NCBI GenBank assembly: GCA_028534125.1
Contig: CM052816.1
Span: 13,642,001 to 13,706,000 of the forward strand
Length of the DNA: 64,000 bases
Source of the DNA: Lama glama
Taxonomy: Eukaryota
Direction: 5' to 3'
Shown: in pieces, positions 13,683-26,874 of the stretch
How the letters are laid out: the number at the start of each line of letters is the position of its first letter
How positions within the stretch are numbered: position 1 is the stretch's first letter
Translations under genes and position numbers: made by a program
Notes under the pieces: generated by a model
Database searches by the model: none
Told to the model about the DNA's origin: nothing
The model's input: the letters and a program-made list of their open reading frames with translations, nothing else

Positions 13683-14133
13683 TGTCATGAATGGAATTGT
13701 GTCTATTTACCCCTAAAAGATAGGAAGTCCTAACCTCCAGTATTTCAGAATGGGATTTTATTTGGAAATAGGGTTTGTAGAGAGGTAATCAAGTTACAAT
13801 GATGACATTAGGCCCTAATCAAAAAACACTGGTGTCCTTTAAAAAAGGGAGAAAATTTGGACACAGTTAACACACACAGAGGGAAGACAGCAGTGTGATG
13901 ATGAGGAACGGAAGTGGTGCATCGATGAAGCAAGGAATGGCAAATACTGCCGGGAACCACCGGAAGCTAGGAATAAAACAGGAAGGACGGTTTCCCTACA
14001 GGTTTGAGGCAGGGCAGGGGCCTGCCGGCCTGGACCTCAGACTTCTAGCCTCTAGAACACGAGACAATCAATTCCCGTTGTTCTGAGGCACCCAGTTTGT
14101 GTAACTCTGGTACAGCAGCTTGAGCAGAACACA
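13683..14133 (+). mobile_element. ERVL-MaLR solo LTR (MLT1B/C-like)
   Basis: TG...CA termini, MLT1 motifs (tttatttggaaatagggt, gacttctagcctctagaac), and a 5-bp target duplication gctac/gctcc. Confidence 0.8.
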
Positions 14134-16066
14134 GCTCCCAAGAATCATTCATTCATACGACAAAGAGAAGGGCAGCCAATGGAAGGATGAAAACCTGGGC
14201 GGGGTAAGCCAGGCAACGCCCTTTAACTCATCTTTAACCCATTACTGCACTGGGTTGTGGTAAAGATCATCTGTGTAATGAGTTAGCCCAGGAGAGCTGG
14301 CAGGTACTGTCCAGCAAGAGCGATGGAGTCAGGCTGATGTGGTAGCAGACAACCTGCAACGGGGCAGAAGCGGTGGGAAAGGGCCAGAAGGCACGGCACC
14401 GAGAAATACTCAGGGGGCAAAACTCAGAGGATGTCGAGAAGGAGCCCTCTGCCGCTCCAGGTAACCTTCAGTTACAAGAACTGAGGGCACAGACGCAACA
14501 GGGCTTCGCCTTCATGCAGTCAGCGTGTCATCATCTGCAGTCCAAATCTCCAGAACATTTAGTACCTCAACCACAAAGTAAAGGCTTCCAGGGCACACAA
14601 AAATATATGGTTTAGATCCCAGAAGTCTAACTCCTCTTCCTTGGCACACTAAAATTTTGCTTCTTTTTCTGAAGGTCAGTAACATCCTGGTACTTGAAGT
14701 TACTTCCTGAGAAACAAATGAACACAGTCGATGGGCACGGACGTTCCTCGAAGAGCTGAAAGATTCCCTTGACTGTAACCAACTCAAAACATGAATACCC
14801 ATACCAGGCACCCCAGCAATTTAGTTCTGGGGGCTTTTTGGGTTTTTTTTTTTTTTGCTACTTTCCTTTCCACCCGTTTCACCTGTACACAGTCAAATGC
14901 TGCTTCATAGAGATTAAGAGTCAGACCATCACAGCTCTGCTATTTACTAGATGTGACCTTAGAGAAATAAATAAATGTGCTTCCATCTATTCATCTAAAA
15001 ACAAAAACAGTACGTGCCCTCAGAGATGTTACAAGGATTGAACGACATAATGGTGGTAAAGCTCTTATTCCTTACACAGAACATGACACAGCTTCAGCTA
15101 ATATCGTCATCAACTGTTACTTCATGTTCTTCTTTTGTACCATCGAGGCCAGTGGCTTAATCTTTAATGTGCAGTGGAATCGCTCGGAAGGATTACAAAA
15201 ACAGAGATGACCAGGTACCACCCTCAAATTTCAGGTTGGGGGTGGAGCCTGAGAATTTGCATTTCAAAGACTTTGAGAGCCACTGATCCGGTCAGTAGCT
15301 TTTTATGATCAGTAGCTCTTCTCCAGATCCACAGCTCCTGAAGTCACTCACCTTCCTATCAACTGGTGTGTTCAGAAACAAGAATTTCTCTGGAAAAGTG
15401 AAGGTTAAACATCCAATCCCTCCAACACGTTTAGCTCTGGGCAAGCCCCTATCCCTTTCTCTTCATTCTCACAGGAGACCAGAAATTGTTTTCATTAGCT
15501 CTCCAGGTGCCTCACTTTATGACCATAAAAACATCTGCCAACCACAATGGTTTTCTACTTCTTAAAGCCCTCTGGTATCTCCACTCTGTCCAACCCAGCA
15601 CTGAACTGCCTGCTACCTCGGCTAGCTCTTTACTAGATACTTGGCTCCCCCAGTGAGGGCTGTGAGCTCCTTAGACAGAACAGCTGGGTTGTCGGCATCT
15701 TCTATGGTATTCAGAAAATAAACACTTTTAGGTTTACCAAGACTGTATTAAAAAAGGTAGGCCCTGTTAATATTGGCATTTGACTCATTTCGTCATTTGA
15801 GGAGACCCTGGTTGGCCAAAACTGATAAATCCCTTGACCTCAGAATAAAAAATAATTGTTAACTGGATGTTAAAAAGCAATTATATAATAACTGGGTGCC
15901 AATTAGGTTAGCTCTGTTCTAAGCCTCTTACCTGATAAACTCAGTTATCCTAACATCTTTATAAGTGGAATTATTACACCCATTTTGCAGATAAGAAAAC
16001 TGGGAGTTTATACGACTGGGATAAGGAAGGGAGTGGAACTTAGAAGGCAAAAAGAGAAAAGTCTCA

Positions 16067-16240
16067 GGGGGGAGGGTATAGCTCAAGTGGTAGAGTGCGT
16101 GCTTAGCATGCATGAGGTCCTGGGTTCAATCCCCAGTACCTCCTCTAAGAATAAATAAATAAACCTAATTACCTGCCTCTATTTGCCAAAAAAAAAAAAA
16201 AGAATGAAAAAAAGTGAATAAAGCAGGACATTAAAAAAAA
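16067..16240 (+). mobile_element. tRNA-Ala-derived SINE (camelid vic-1 type)
   Basis: tRNA-Ala(AGC)-like head with A box TAGCTCAAGTGG (16079-16090) and B box GGTTCAATCC (16123-16132), then an A-rich tail. Target-site duplication aaagagaaaagtctc (16051-16065) / aaagagtaaggtctc (16241-16255). Confidence 0.88.
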
Positions 16241-16626
16241 AAAGAGTAAGGTCTCCTTGGGTGACTGCTCCATCGGGGTGATTTGAGGGAGAGAGGAATT
16301 GGGGGAGGAAGGAGGAACGGGAAGGTGTTACCACTGTTGTTTGGCAAGATGAAAACTTCTCCCCTCCCCTGCCTGGACATGGAAACCAAGCAGCACAATG
16401 CGGAGGAAGGAACCACTGCCAAAGGCTCGCTCTCCATCTCCATGGTTGCACTGGGAAGAACCCAGGGTAGCCAATGGACAAAGCACTGTTATTAGCAGAA
16501 GGCACCGCATCAGGGCTGGTCAACCTCTTTATCAACAACTTGGAGCATTTCATAATCTAGGCATGAGTGGGAATGAGGGGTGGGGATGGAATCCGGGACC
16601 CAGTGAAACTCTGAGCGTCTACTTAC

Positions 16627-16737
16627 AGGCTCCACGAACTCAAACATCTTTCTCTCCTGGACTTCCTGCACCTTGAAGACATACTCCAGGGATACTTCAT
16701 AGAAATGCTGCCGGACCAGGTCCACCTGGCTGTCTGC
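16627..16737 (-). CDS. ARHGAP26: ARHGAP26 coding exon 6 (111 nt, phase 0-0), BAR domain
   Basis: [37 protein letters not shown] inside ORF 16510..16743(-). Acceptor ttgtttgcAG; donor CCT|GTAAGT. Confidence 0.97.
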
Positions 16738-18799
16738 CTGCAAACAAGATGGGATTTAAAAGAAACAGCAAATCACTATCTGAGGAGAGGATTCAGCCAG
16801 CAGCCAGAAAAATCTCTGGAGATGGGTTTTGAAAGCAAATCAACTAGCACGAAACACAGATATGAATAATGATAGTGGCAGCTGAGCACCAACTTTAGAC
16901 CAGCCATCAAGCTTACAGCTGTACTCATTACCTAAGTCAATACTCAGTCTTCATTCATTTTAGTTACTTAATCCTCATTAAATTCCTAAAAAGAAGATAT
17001 TATCTTTGCTTCTACTTCACAAGATGAAAATGAAATCAGCTAACATGAAGGCACCTGACACAGTTGGTATAAGGCAAAGCTGGGACTTCTGTCCTGGGTG
17101 ATCTGCCTCCGAGACCCTTGCTCATCCTTAAACCAATTGACTCGACCCCCTCCCTGCACCCTGGGGCAGACCTAGGTTCCCTGGAAGACAGATTTTTCAA
17201 GAGAAAAAGAAAACACACTGGGCCATCTTCATTCCATCCTCCCTAATGAATGAAACAAGCTGTTTAGGGGGCAGGGGACCTCAGAAAAGAACATTTTTAC
17301 ATGAGTCCCAAATACTCCCTTCAGACAAGGATGAGCTATTAGTTTACCCCAAGCAAAGTAATTACATTGCTCCCTTGGAACCTCACTTCTCTCTCTGTGC
17401 AGATGTGTGGCCTGGAGAGGCCCACCCGTGAGTACAATTAAGCCACTGATCTGGGATCTAGAACCCAGAGGAGAAAATGAGCATGTGTGAAGTAGCATGT
17501 GTGATGCTGTGCTGCTAAGTACCACAACCATCACCATAAGGCTCTTACCCTTTCCACAACATGGCTAAGGCAACTCAATCTTTCACAGCAGGTAATTACA
17601 CTGAAAGCATCTTTCAATGACAAACAAGTGATTTTTAAAAATAAAAAGGGGTATCCTGCTAGTAGGAAACAAAACACCGTTTTCTTTAGAAGTGAAGGTA
17701 TCCGATATCGTTCTATGACATCCCTTACAAAGACGAAGCCCCTCAAAGGAATAATTCTTCTGGTGTTCCTCTGTCAAGATTCTTGTGGAAAAAAACCTGG
17801 GACTGACCTTTACAGCATTATCCCAAATACGGTACCGCTAACCTGGCATCTTAAGGATTTGCCAAATCATTCATTGATTGACCATCATGAGCAAAAAGAA
17901 ACTTCCTTCAGGGAGGTCACAGCATAATGGAAGAAAAGGGTGTATTAATTAAATGATCACAAAAATGAAAAGAAAACGACAAACTCCGGAAAAGGACAAG
18001 AATCCAAAGAATCTATTCAAGTCTCCTGCTAGCAACTTGCTCTCAGGACAGCTTCCATATCAGCAGGCAGAAGGCAGCCCTCTACGTGACTGCAGAATAA
18101 AACCAGTGTAAAGGGCTAAGCCTGGGGTTGTTTTCTAAGCCTCCGGGCAGGGGAGCTGATACCTCAGCACAGCAGAGCTTTACTTGGAGGCCAGGTTTCA
18201 GACAGTGCTGTCCCCTCCCCAGCTGTGGCTGCTGGACCAGCGGCTGACACACCTTCCACCTGGCTCCGGCCAGCTAAGTTCAGTAAGTCCCTGCAGCCCT
18301 GAGCTTCCTCGTCCATGCCGATCCCACACGGCTACTCCAAGGGATGCATCAACTTGCCTGACCTCCCCCCACCCCTCGTACATCTTCCCTGCGTGGGCTT
18401 GCCAAGTGAGACTGCAACAGAGAAAAGGGTCACTCTGAAGAGCTGCAAAGGGCTTCCTGCAGTCAGGCCGGGCTGGAGGAGCCAGAAGGAATCTCCTCTG
18501 AGAAGAAGAGCAGAGCCCAGCATGAGTCCGGGAGCCAGCAGAGCAACCACCTGGCTGGGAGTTGCAGGTCCGTCACTTGCTAGCCGGTGGGACCTGCTCC
18601 GGTCACGCATCCTCTCCGGTCTCCTTCCCACGCCTGGAGCCTGGGGGTGACTTGACCTACCCTTGCTCTGAGTAGAGCCGTTTCGCAGAGAAAATGAGTG
18701 ACAGGGTGTGAACAACTGGAAGACCAGAAGTGTCCTGTGTGTGTCACTTGTTATCATCGGGGACATCTAAGCAGGCGGGCTGCCACCCTGCTCTGACCC

Positions 18800-19630
18800 T
18801 AAGCCAGCCCGTCATCTCTAGGTGGTTCCATCCTCTCCTCACTGGCCTCCCTGCTTTCATTCTCTGCCCCACAGTCCAGTCTCCACTCAGCAGCCAGAAC
18901 ACCTTCCCTAACATCTAAATTCGGTGTTTTTACAACTCCTTAACACCCCCCCCACCAGCCTCTACCATGGTCTGAAGACCATGGGGGACCAGCCTACCCC
19001 CCACCTCTGCGCCTCCCTCCCGTGTCTCCCTGTATCCAACCACTCAGTCTCCCACCCGCCCTCTAACCCTCCAGACTCTTCCTTGCCATGCAGCCTTTGT
19101 ACTTGGTGTTCCTTCTGCCTGAAAACCTTTTCCTCTAGATAAATATTCAATTTTTTAAAACTTTAATGCACAGTAAGAAATACCTTTTACAATATGACCC
19201 CATAAACATATATGTATAATTAAGAGCAACACACTTTCATATTTTTCACTCTGTTCTGACCTACTCTACTCTATTTCATGACCCAGTAACTCAGATCTGA
19301 TGACACACCTACAATTTAAAGAATATTGTCCTAGCTTTTCACCCAGCTTGCTCCTTCTCTTCCTTCTGGTCTCAATTCAAATGCTACCTCAGTAGAGAAG
19401 CCTTCACTGACATTATTTTAGTTAAGTCACCCCAGGGAGTCTCTATCTTATCTTCCAATTTATTTCCTTATCACTAAGTGAAACTCTTATTTATTCCTCT
19501 CTCTTCTCGTGTATGGCCTACTGGAATATAAAGTTGATGAGAGCAAAGACCTTGTCTCACTTTTCTATTCCACATCCTGAACGGGGCCTCGCCCATAGCA
19601 AACATTCAACTGATGCTTGAAAAACAAATG
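18800..19630 (+). mobile_element. LINE-2 3' remnant
   Basis: ctcactggcctccctgcttt, tgttccttctgcctgaaa, tctcaattcaaatgctacctcagtagagaagccttcactgac, and a decayed L2 3' terminus. Confidence 0.65.
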
Positions 19631-20083
19631 AAATAATCTCTAGGTGGCCACCAGTGACCTAGCACTCAGAAACAAAGCATATCGGAATGCACTGCCAAAG
19701 GAAAAGGAAGAAATCCCAAGTAGAATGGTCCATTTCTCCTGCCAACGCACCTCTTATCTGGGCCGTAGAGTTCACCACATCCTTAGCCCCCGCTGCGATG
19801 GCGTCAGAAGCCAGATTCTAACCCCCTGGGTAGGCACACTGCTGCCCTGTTGCTTGAGAAGCTGTCTATCTACCGGCTCATCTGAGATTCACCAACCATT
19901 CTGCGCTTCTTGGAAAAGAGATAACCTCCTGGACTGTAAATTCTGATCATTCATTTCACTCCCTACAACACTAGAACAGACTTTCACAGAAGCGTCCAAT
20001 GAATAATTTGTCCAACGAATGATTACTGTCTTAGAAGCACGTTTCTGAACCACTGAAGACAATACTGACTTTTAAAAAGTCAT

Positions 20084-20097
20084 CCACTAGATGGCAG
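20084..20097 (+). promoter_or_regulatory. Candidate CTCF binding site
   Basis: CCACTAGATGGCAG matches the core CCASYAGRKGGCRS at 14/14 positions. Motif match only. Confidence 0.55.
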
Positions 20098-20534
20098 TGT
20101 CACACTCCACATCCCTGCCCTGTAATTTTCACTCAATTTCAGAGATCCAGGGATGGGCTAGAATTCACAAGTATTCAGTTCAAGCCCGCAATCAGGGAAC
20201 AATTCTGGATCATCAAAGGAAGGAGATTTCATTAAGTGTGTAGTAGGTATTTAACAGTACTGTTAACAGTTGATTTTGTAATAAATGTGAGGAAAATCAT
20301 CATTAAATATCTGGAGGACCTAGAGCAATCACTTGACCTCTGCAAGGAACTCAGTTCCTTCAAAGGTCATTCTAAGAGGTTTAACTGGAAGATCACCAAG
20401 GTTCCTCCCACTCTGTAATTCTATCTGCCTGACAGTCGCACTGAATAACAATGGCTGGTGGGCAGCCCAGCAACACCCTTCCCCCAGAGATGGAGAGAGA
20501 AGAGCGTTCTGGGGTAAGGGGAAGGGCTCCAGCA

Positions 20535-20730
20535 CCAGGACCCAGGGTTCAAATCCCTGCTGACCAGTTATGGGCAGGCTATCCACCACCTCTGAGCCTC
20601 AGTCTCCTCATATGTAAAAGAGTGAATACATAATAGGGTAGCCGTGGGATTTGAGTAGACTCCATATAAAGCGCTTAACACAATACCTGGTCCATCAATA
20701 CGCGTTCAGTAAATATTTGCAGCCATTATT
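20535..20730 (+). mobile_element. MIR SINE
   Basis: gggttcaaatccc...cctctgagcctcagtctcctcatatgtaaaa...aaagcgcttaacacaatacctgg...cagtaaat. Confidence 0.72.
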
Positions 20731-20974
20731 GTTGTTGCTGTTGTTAGTAAAAATACTATCATTATTGCTGTTATTACTAGGAGATTTTCATTCATTTTAA
20801 TTCAGCTCGGGTATGAAAATCAACACTTGAGAACAGACCAGGAGACCTGCAGCCACTCCTTTCCTCCAAAGTACTTAGAAAGTGTGTAATGGGTAAAAGA
20901 CAGGGACTGCAAGCAAAAAGCACAATGAAAAAATGTCCACAAAGATATATACTGGCAAAGTCAGCGCAACAGAC

Positions 20975-21296
20975 AGAATGCGTGCCCCTCTGACCACCAC
21001 ATTCACACGCTGAACCCTTACCCCAGTGTGATGGCATTTGGGGTGGGGCCTTTGGGAGGTGATTAGGTCAGGAGGGTAGAGTCCCTATAAAAAGAGACCA
21101 AGGGGCTCCCTCACACCTTCTGTCATGTAAGGACACAGCTGGAAGACAGCCATCTATGAACCAGGAGCCTCACCAGACACCCAATCTGCCAGCACCTTGA
21201 TCCTGGACTCCACCACATTCAGAACAGTGAGAAACAAATTTTTGTTATTTATAAGCTCCCCGGTCTACGGTATTCTGTTACAGCAGCATGAACAGG
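20975..21296 (+). mobile_element. ERVL-MaLR solo LTR (MLT1A-like)
   Basis: Contains ggtggggcctttgggaggtgattaggtca, gaccttgatcctggact and tttttgttatttataagc...tgttacagcagc. Confidence 0.8.
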
Positions 21297-21741
21297 CAGC
21301 CAGGAAGAATGCCACCCACTCTGGGAACAGGACAGGGAGGAACAGGCCAGTTACAAGGATAACAGCTTGAGGATACTTGAGTAGCAGCTGTAATTTGCCT
21401 TCTCATACATGAAGCAGGCAGGACAGGTATTTTATGAGTATTTCAAAAACAAAGGAACTGGAGCTCAGAGAGACTAAGGACTTGTTCCAGGTCACACAGT
21501 CAACCACATGGCAGAGCAAGCCTTGAAAAAAAGTTATCTCTTGGCCCGTCTAGTGTTCTGGTCCCTATACTGCCATCTCAGGGGGAGATGATAGTGGCAT
21601 GGCCCTAACAGAAAGTGCTGGACTCATCCCAGACCATCTGGGCAGTATAGTATCCAGGCATGGAGAGAGCAGATCGCGAGGAGAAGAGCCCTCCCTCCAG
21701 AGATGCCAGGCCTGTAGGGGAGCTGTACTAAGGGCCTCCCA

Positions 21742-21755
21742 ACACCAGGGGGCGC
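21742..21755 (+). promoter_or_regulatory. Candidate CTCF binding site
   Basis: ACACCAGGGGGCGC(TA) matches the CTCF core at 13/14 positions. Confidence 0.45.
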
Positions 21756-23299
21756 TAGAACAATCACACACTGGCTCAGCCGTGAATAACTGCACTATGG
21801 TGTGTGGTCATCTAACTGCTTAGAAACTGCAGGTGGGCCAGATCTGGTCATTGTGAGCTGCAGCCAAAACGACCTTCCTTATAGTTCCCAAACCCCAAAT
21901 GCCAAATGATGCTAGAAAAATGACAACTGAAAAGTGAGGGCATCAGGACAGATTCTAAATGGAGTTATGTATTTATCATGGACAATCCACATATCCCTGG
22001 GTATCTCCTGATGCCCACATCCCCTTGTAGAGCTGGGAAGAGCCTTCTACGAATCATCCAATGAAAATAAGCATCTCCTTAACCTTCTCAATCACACTTG
22101 GCAAGATTTACCTGAGCAGCTGTGCTACTTCCAGAATCCCCTCCTCTTGAATTGGTGCCTTTCTCCCTCCTCAGACACAAGATCTTCAAGGAAAGGTCAG
22201 TGGTTTCTACTTCCTACAGCTCACACCAAAGACTCAATTGCTATTGGTTGGTTGGCCAAGAACTGATCTGCAAAGCCCAGTACAAACACTTGCTGTGGCT
22301 ACAGGTGTTGCTAAGCCCACATCCATCACTCAAACAACTGGTTCAAACACTCATTTCAAAGCAAAGAGTTCTAAGAACAACACCTTCCTAACTGAGGGTG
22401 TGTAACAAAGCCCGGTGGGGAGGGGACTGGACTCCACCACCTCCTGAGTAATCTTCATCTTTCAACCTTGGACCCTACCATCTTCATGTGAACTTTCACC
22501 TGATAGTGGTACTGGCATGGAATCTGCTCAAAAAGAAAAGAAAGTAAAGAATGAGGGCTAACCTGGAAGCCATGGCCTCTCGTTAGCATAAACCTGAGAC
22601 AGTTCAAGCAAACCTTTAAAGAGTAAATAAGATGGTATTTGTGTAGCTGAATTTGGAGTTCCACTAGAAAACTGCCCTGTCTCCCCCAAACATAAACCCC
22701 CTCTCCACGCAAACCTCCATGATCTAAGTTCAAATGAGCACAGCCCCACGGCTGTAAAGCTGCCTTTTCTTTCCAAGTGAAGTGCTCTTAAAAAGACCCC
22801 ACGCAAGTCCAAAAAAGACCTGGGGCAGAAAAAGAAAATTTACTTTTTTGAAACAAGGTTACCAAAGCACAAAATATATGAGTGACAATTAAAAAAAAAA
22901 ACTAACATCAAGTACTGGGTGGAATAATGGTTTTTTCTTTTCACATTAAGGAAGGATGACCAAATTGTTTCAGACGCTAACACTTCAAATCACTGATATA
23001 AGGAGGAAGTCGAAAGGCAAGGTATGAGAGCTCAGAATCAAGGTCAAGGGTGAAAGACACAGGAAAACCAATCTCAGTTTGAAAGGAAGAAACACAACCT
23101 AGTGACGAGGGCTGCCCAACAAGGAGGTGGGGGATCTTGACCAGGGTGTGCTACGGTGGGAAGGTACAAAGGCAATACGGGCAGCAAGCACAGGATGAGG
23201 GATCAGAATGAAGCTCCCGGTCTCCAGGCCTCTTCCTACCATAGGATTTCCTGGCAAAGAGCAACTAGCACATATCCACAGCATCATGTAAAAATTAAA

Positions 23300-23832
23300 C
23301 ACTTACGTTCATAGTAGCACTATTTACAATAGCCAAGACACGGAGGCAACCTAAGTGTCCATCGACAGATGACTGGATAAAGAAGATGTTGTGTATATAT
23401 ACAATGGAATACTACTCAGTCATAAAAAAAGAATAAAATAATGCCATTTGCAACAACATGAGTGGGCCTGGAAATTATTATACTAAGTGAAGTAAATCAG
23501 ACTGTGAAAGACAAATATCACAGGATATCACTTATACATGGAATCTAAAAAATAATAAAAATGAACTTATTTACAAAACAGAAAGACTCACAGACATAGA
23601 ATGCAAAAATGGGAAAGGGTGGGGGAGGGGTAAATTAGGAGTTTGGGATTTGCAGATACAAACTACTATACCCAAAATAGATCAAAACAATGTCCTACTG
23701 TATAACACAGGGAACTATATTCAATATCTTGTAATAATCTATAATGAAAAGAATATATATATAAATGTATAACTGAATCACTATGCTGTACCTCAGAAAC
23801 TAACAACATTGTACATCAATACTTCAATAAAT
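23300..23832 (+). mobile_element. Short 5'-truncated LINE-1 3' end adjacent to the exon 5 donor
   Basis: Runs gttcatagtagcactatttacaatagccaagaca...caacctaagtgtccatcgacagatgactggataaagaag... to cttcaataaa. Confidence 0.9.
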
Positions 23833-23878
23833 TTTTTTAATTAAATATTTTATTCAGGATACTAGTAAAGTTTCTTAC

Positions 23879-23980
23879 CTCCTGAAGCTGAGATTCTTTC
23901 TTTTTGGAAGACAAATTCAAGTGCTTTTCTAGGATGCCACAATACTTCTCTGTCTCCTTGTCATACTTCTTTTTGGCTTC
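23879..23980 (-). CDS. ARHGAP26: ARHGAP26 coding exon 5 (102 nt, phase 0-0), BAR domain
   Basis: EAKKKYDKETEKYCGILEKHLNLSSKKKESQLQE inside ORF 23837..24064(-). Long pyrimidine tract ending cAG; donor GAG|GTAAGA. Confidence 0.97.
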
Positions 23981-26874
23981 CTGGCAAAAAGAGGAGCAGA
24001 AAAGGGAAAAAGAATAAAATGTTGCAAGAACAACAGCAACCTTGGTCAAGCTCTTCCAGCTCACCCTTGCAGCTTCATCAACCCCTCAGACCCAGGAGAG
24101 CAGTGGACCAGCCAGTCCGACGCTTCAAATAACGCCCATGAAATCAAGCAACCACCATTCAACAGCCCAATGGTGTCCTGGTGTGTATCACAGAGTTGCC
24201 CCTACAATGCCAGAAATGAGGGAAATACCAGCATTTCATAGTGGCAAAGCCAGGACTCCACCTACTAAAAACTTCCACTGTGAAACCAAAATGTCTAATT
24301 TTTAACTCACAAGAATTTTCAAAGTCCAAGGAAGAAGGGAAGTTACCTGTGATGCTAATCCCCAAACAGGAAGATCTACTTACAGCTCAAATAGGACAAA
24401 TCTAGACAAAGGGTAGATTCAGCTGCAACCATGTTCAAAAAGCACTTCTTAATCTGTAGAGCGAAATATCTTTGACACAAGAATATCACATATGGGTCTT
24501 TAAGCTGAGGAATATTGGAATATTCCAAAACAAAGAGGATATTATCTTTCCAAATACGTTCACTGAGGCATCATTTATAATAGGGGGGTAAAAAAAAAAA
24601 AAAAAGAAAGGAAGCAGCAGGAACACTGATGCCCAAGAATAAGTTTTGGGATAACTAAGCACAGGACACCCAATAAATATAACCAGCAAGACTAGGTGGT
24701 CATATGGAAAGATATGATATGATGAAAAGTAGTAATAGCAAGATATAAACTTGGTGCATCCTACCAAGACTGTGGCTACCTATGGACAACGATTAGATGG
24801 GAAGACAGTTGAATGAGAATACCTGAGTTAAAGAAATGGAATAATGGGGGATTTGTTCCCTCCATTTGAGAAATGCTCTATTATCCTCAACTACTGCTTT
24901 CAAAGTGAAAAATAATCTATCATATTACACTTCATAATCCCTGCTCCCCGACCAAGCCACTGAGCTTCTATTTCTAGCCCCTATCTTACAGAGAAGGAAA
25001 CTTAGACGCAGGAGGAGGAGGAGAGTGGCAGGGTTGGAGTTTGAGCCCAGGACAAGCTGCCTGCAAGCCCACATTCTCAGGCACCCTGAACACACTGTCA
25101 CAGGCCACCTCTCTTCCCGCCACAGTCTCGTGGGGATGGCGGGCAAGGGGGCTGGAGGAAGGTCTGCCCTGGGCCGACACACAGGACCAGAGGTAATAAC
25201 TGGGTGCAGCATTCTCGCTCTCACTCACGTGGAGCCCAGAGGAGAGACTTTCCTGCAACTCCACGGCCTACAAGAGAACGACCGCGGCCAGATCAGGAAG
25301 CTCAGAGGCATCTCTTCATCTAACGAAGAGCTAAGCAGCAACCACTCTCTTAGGATCCTTTAGGCACTGGGAAGGGAAGGCAGAAGTGGTCCCCACCCTC
25401 GTGGCGGGGATGTTCCAGCAGAAGGAGAAACACACTGAACGAGTAAGCAGCCAGCCGGCCCCAGCCCGCCGCAGGAGTTGGAAGGGAACGAACGGGGCAC
25501 AGTCGCAGAGGCTCTGCAGACGGGCCCCAGGGAGGCCTCCGTGCGGAGAGGAGGAGTTGGGGTAAGAGTGGAGCCTCCCAGAGCAGGAGGCAGAGGGCAG
25601 GTGCTCTGGGCAGACTACGCTGAGCCCAAGTGTGGAGGAATCACCGAGAAGCCGTCACCTGAAGCTCCCGTGATGTCAGAACACTGTTCATCTGGCCGGA
25701 TTTCAAGCCTCACAGAGTGGGCAGAGTCGTCAGATATCCATTTCAGCTGACATGTAACCATCTCTACAAATCTCAGTTTTGCTTGAAGGGCTTACACACA
25801 TGAACAATTAAACACGCAGAAGCAAGTGAAGACGAAGCCGGAGGAGACGTGATTTATTCAAAGGAGGAGAGATACAGGCAAGACACCTGACTCAAGCAAG
25901 CTCTTTTCCTTCATAGAAGTCAGTGGCTTGGGGCTGGGGTTCCGACTCTAATTAACGCCCGCACAGCCTCTGCACCAACCTTGTCAGCAACTCCCCAAAA
26001 CAGAACCCCGTGCCGGCACAGTGCAGCTGGCCGGAGGTGACAACAGGCCAGGGAACGAGTATGAGTCACTGGCACTCTGTGACTTTCCACGTTCTGTGTT
26101 CAAGAGGACAGCTGGAGCTCAGAAGAATGGCAAGCCACTTCCGTCCTGAGAAAACAGCAACCAGACCTCTGGGGGGAGAACTCTGCTGGGATTCAGACAA
26201 TGTTTTTAAGACAGGAAGTACTACTCTCTCACTTAGGTACCGAGATGGTGTTCGCCTTCCAGGGCGTCCACTGTGGGTGGCGCAGTGAATCAAGGACAGA
26301 GTCTGGATCCTGGAAATTACTCCGGACTCTACACAAGCCACTGCCCCTCCCCAGGACTCTGGTTCCCTCATCTGAGGATGACCAGGCGAGATCACAGCTC
26401 AAGCTTCCCCTTTCAGCTCAGAGACTGCCTAACAAAATAAGGAGAACAACACCCAGCCCCTCGCCAGACTGTCAGGACTAAATGAGGAACACCCCAGCCG
26501 TGCTGGGCAGAGCGCCTGCCACAGGGAGAGTGCTCAGTGAAATTCCCTGACGATGATGGCGGCGGCAGCCACGGTGGGGGCGGCGGCGATGAGGTCCATC
26601 ACCTAAACCCACCTCCTTCTCATGAAGAACACCACTCGCTTTCCATGCCCCAAGTCCCATGAAGGTGGCCCTTCAGAGCACCCGGCACCATTTGATATTG
26701 CGTGCCTGCCTGGTGCCTTTCCCCACCACCGCACACCGCCAACACAGCAGCCACACCTGCATTTACTCTCCACTGCACACGGCACACACAGCGTGCAGCA
26801 GGCGCACAACAGGCGCACAACAGGCGCTCACCTGCTTTTTAATGAATGAACTGTGTGTATCGGAGAGAACGGCT

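Noticed and set aside
16067..16145. Apparent tRNA-Ala(AGC) gene, with a second copy at about 55603-55677
   Set aside because: It has extra 5' bases, a shared A-rich tail and target-site duplications, and one copy sits inside an L1. These are SINE heads, not tRNA genes.
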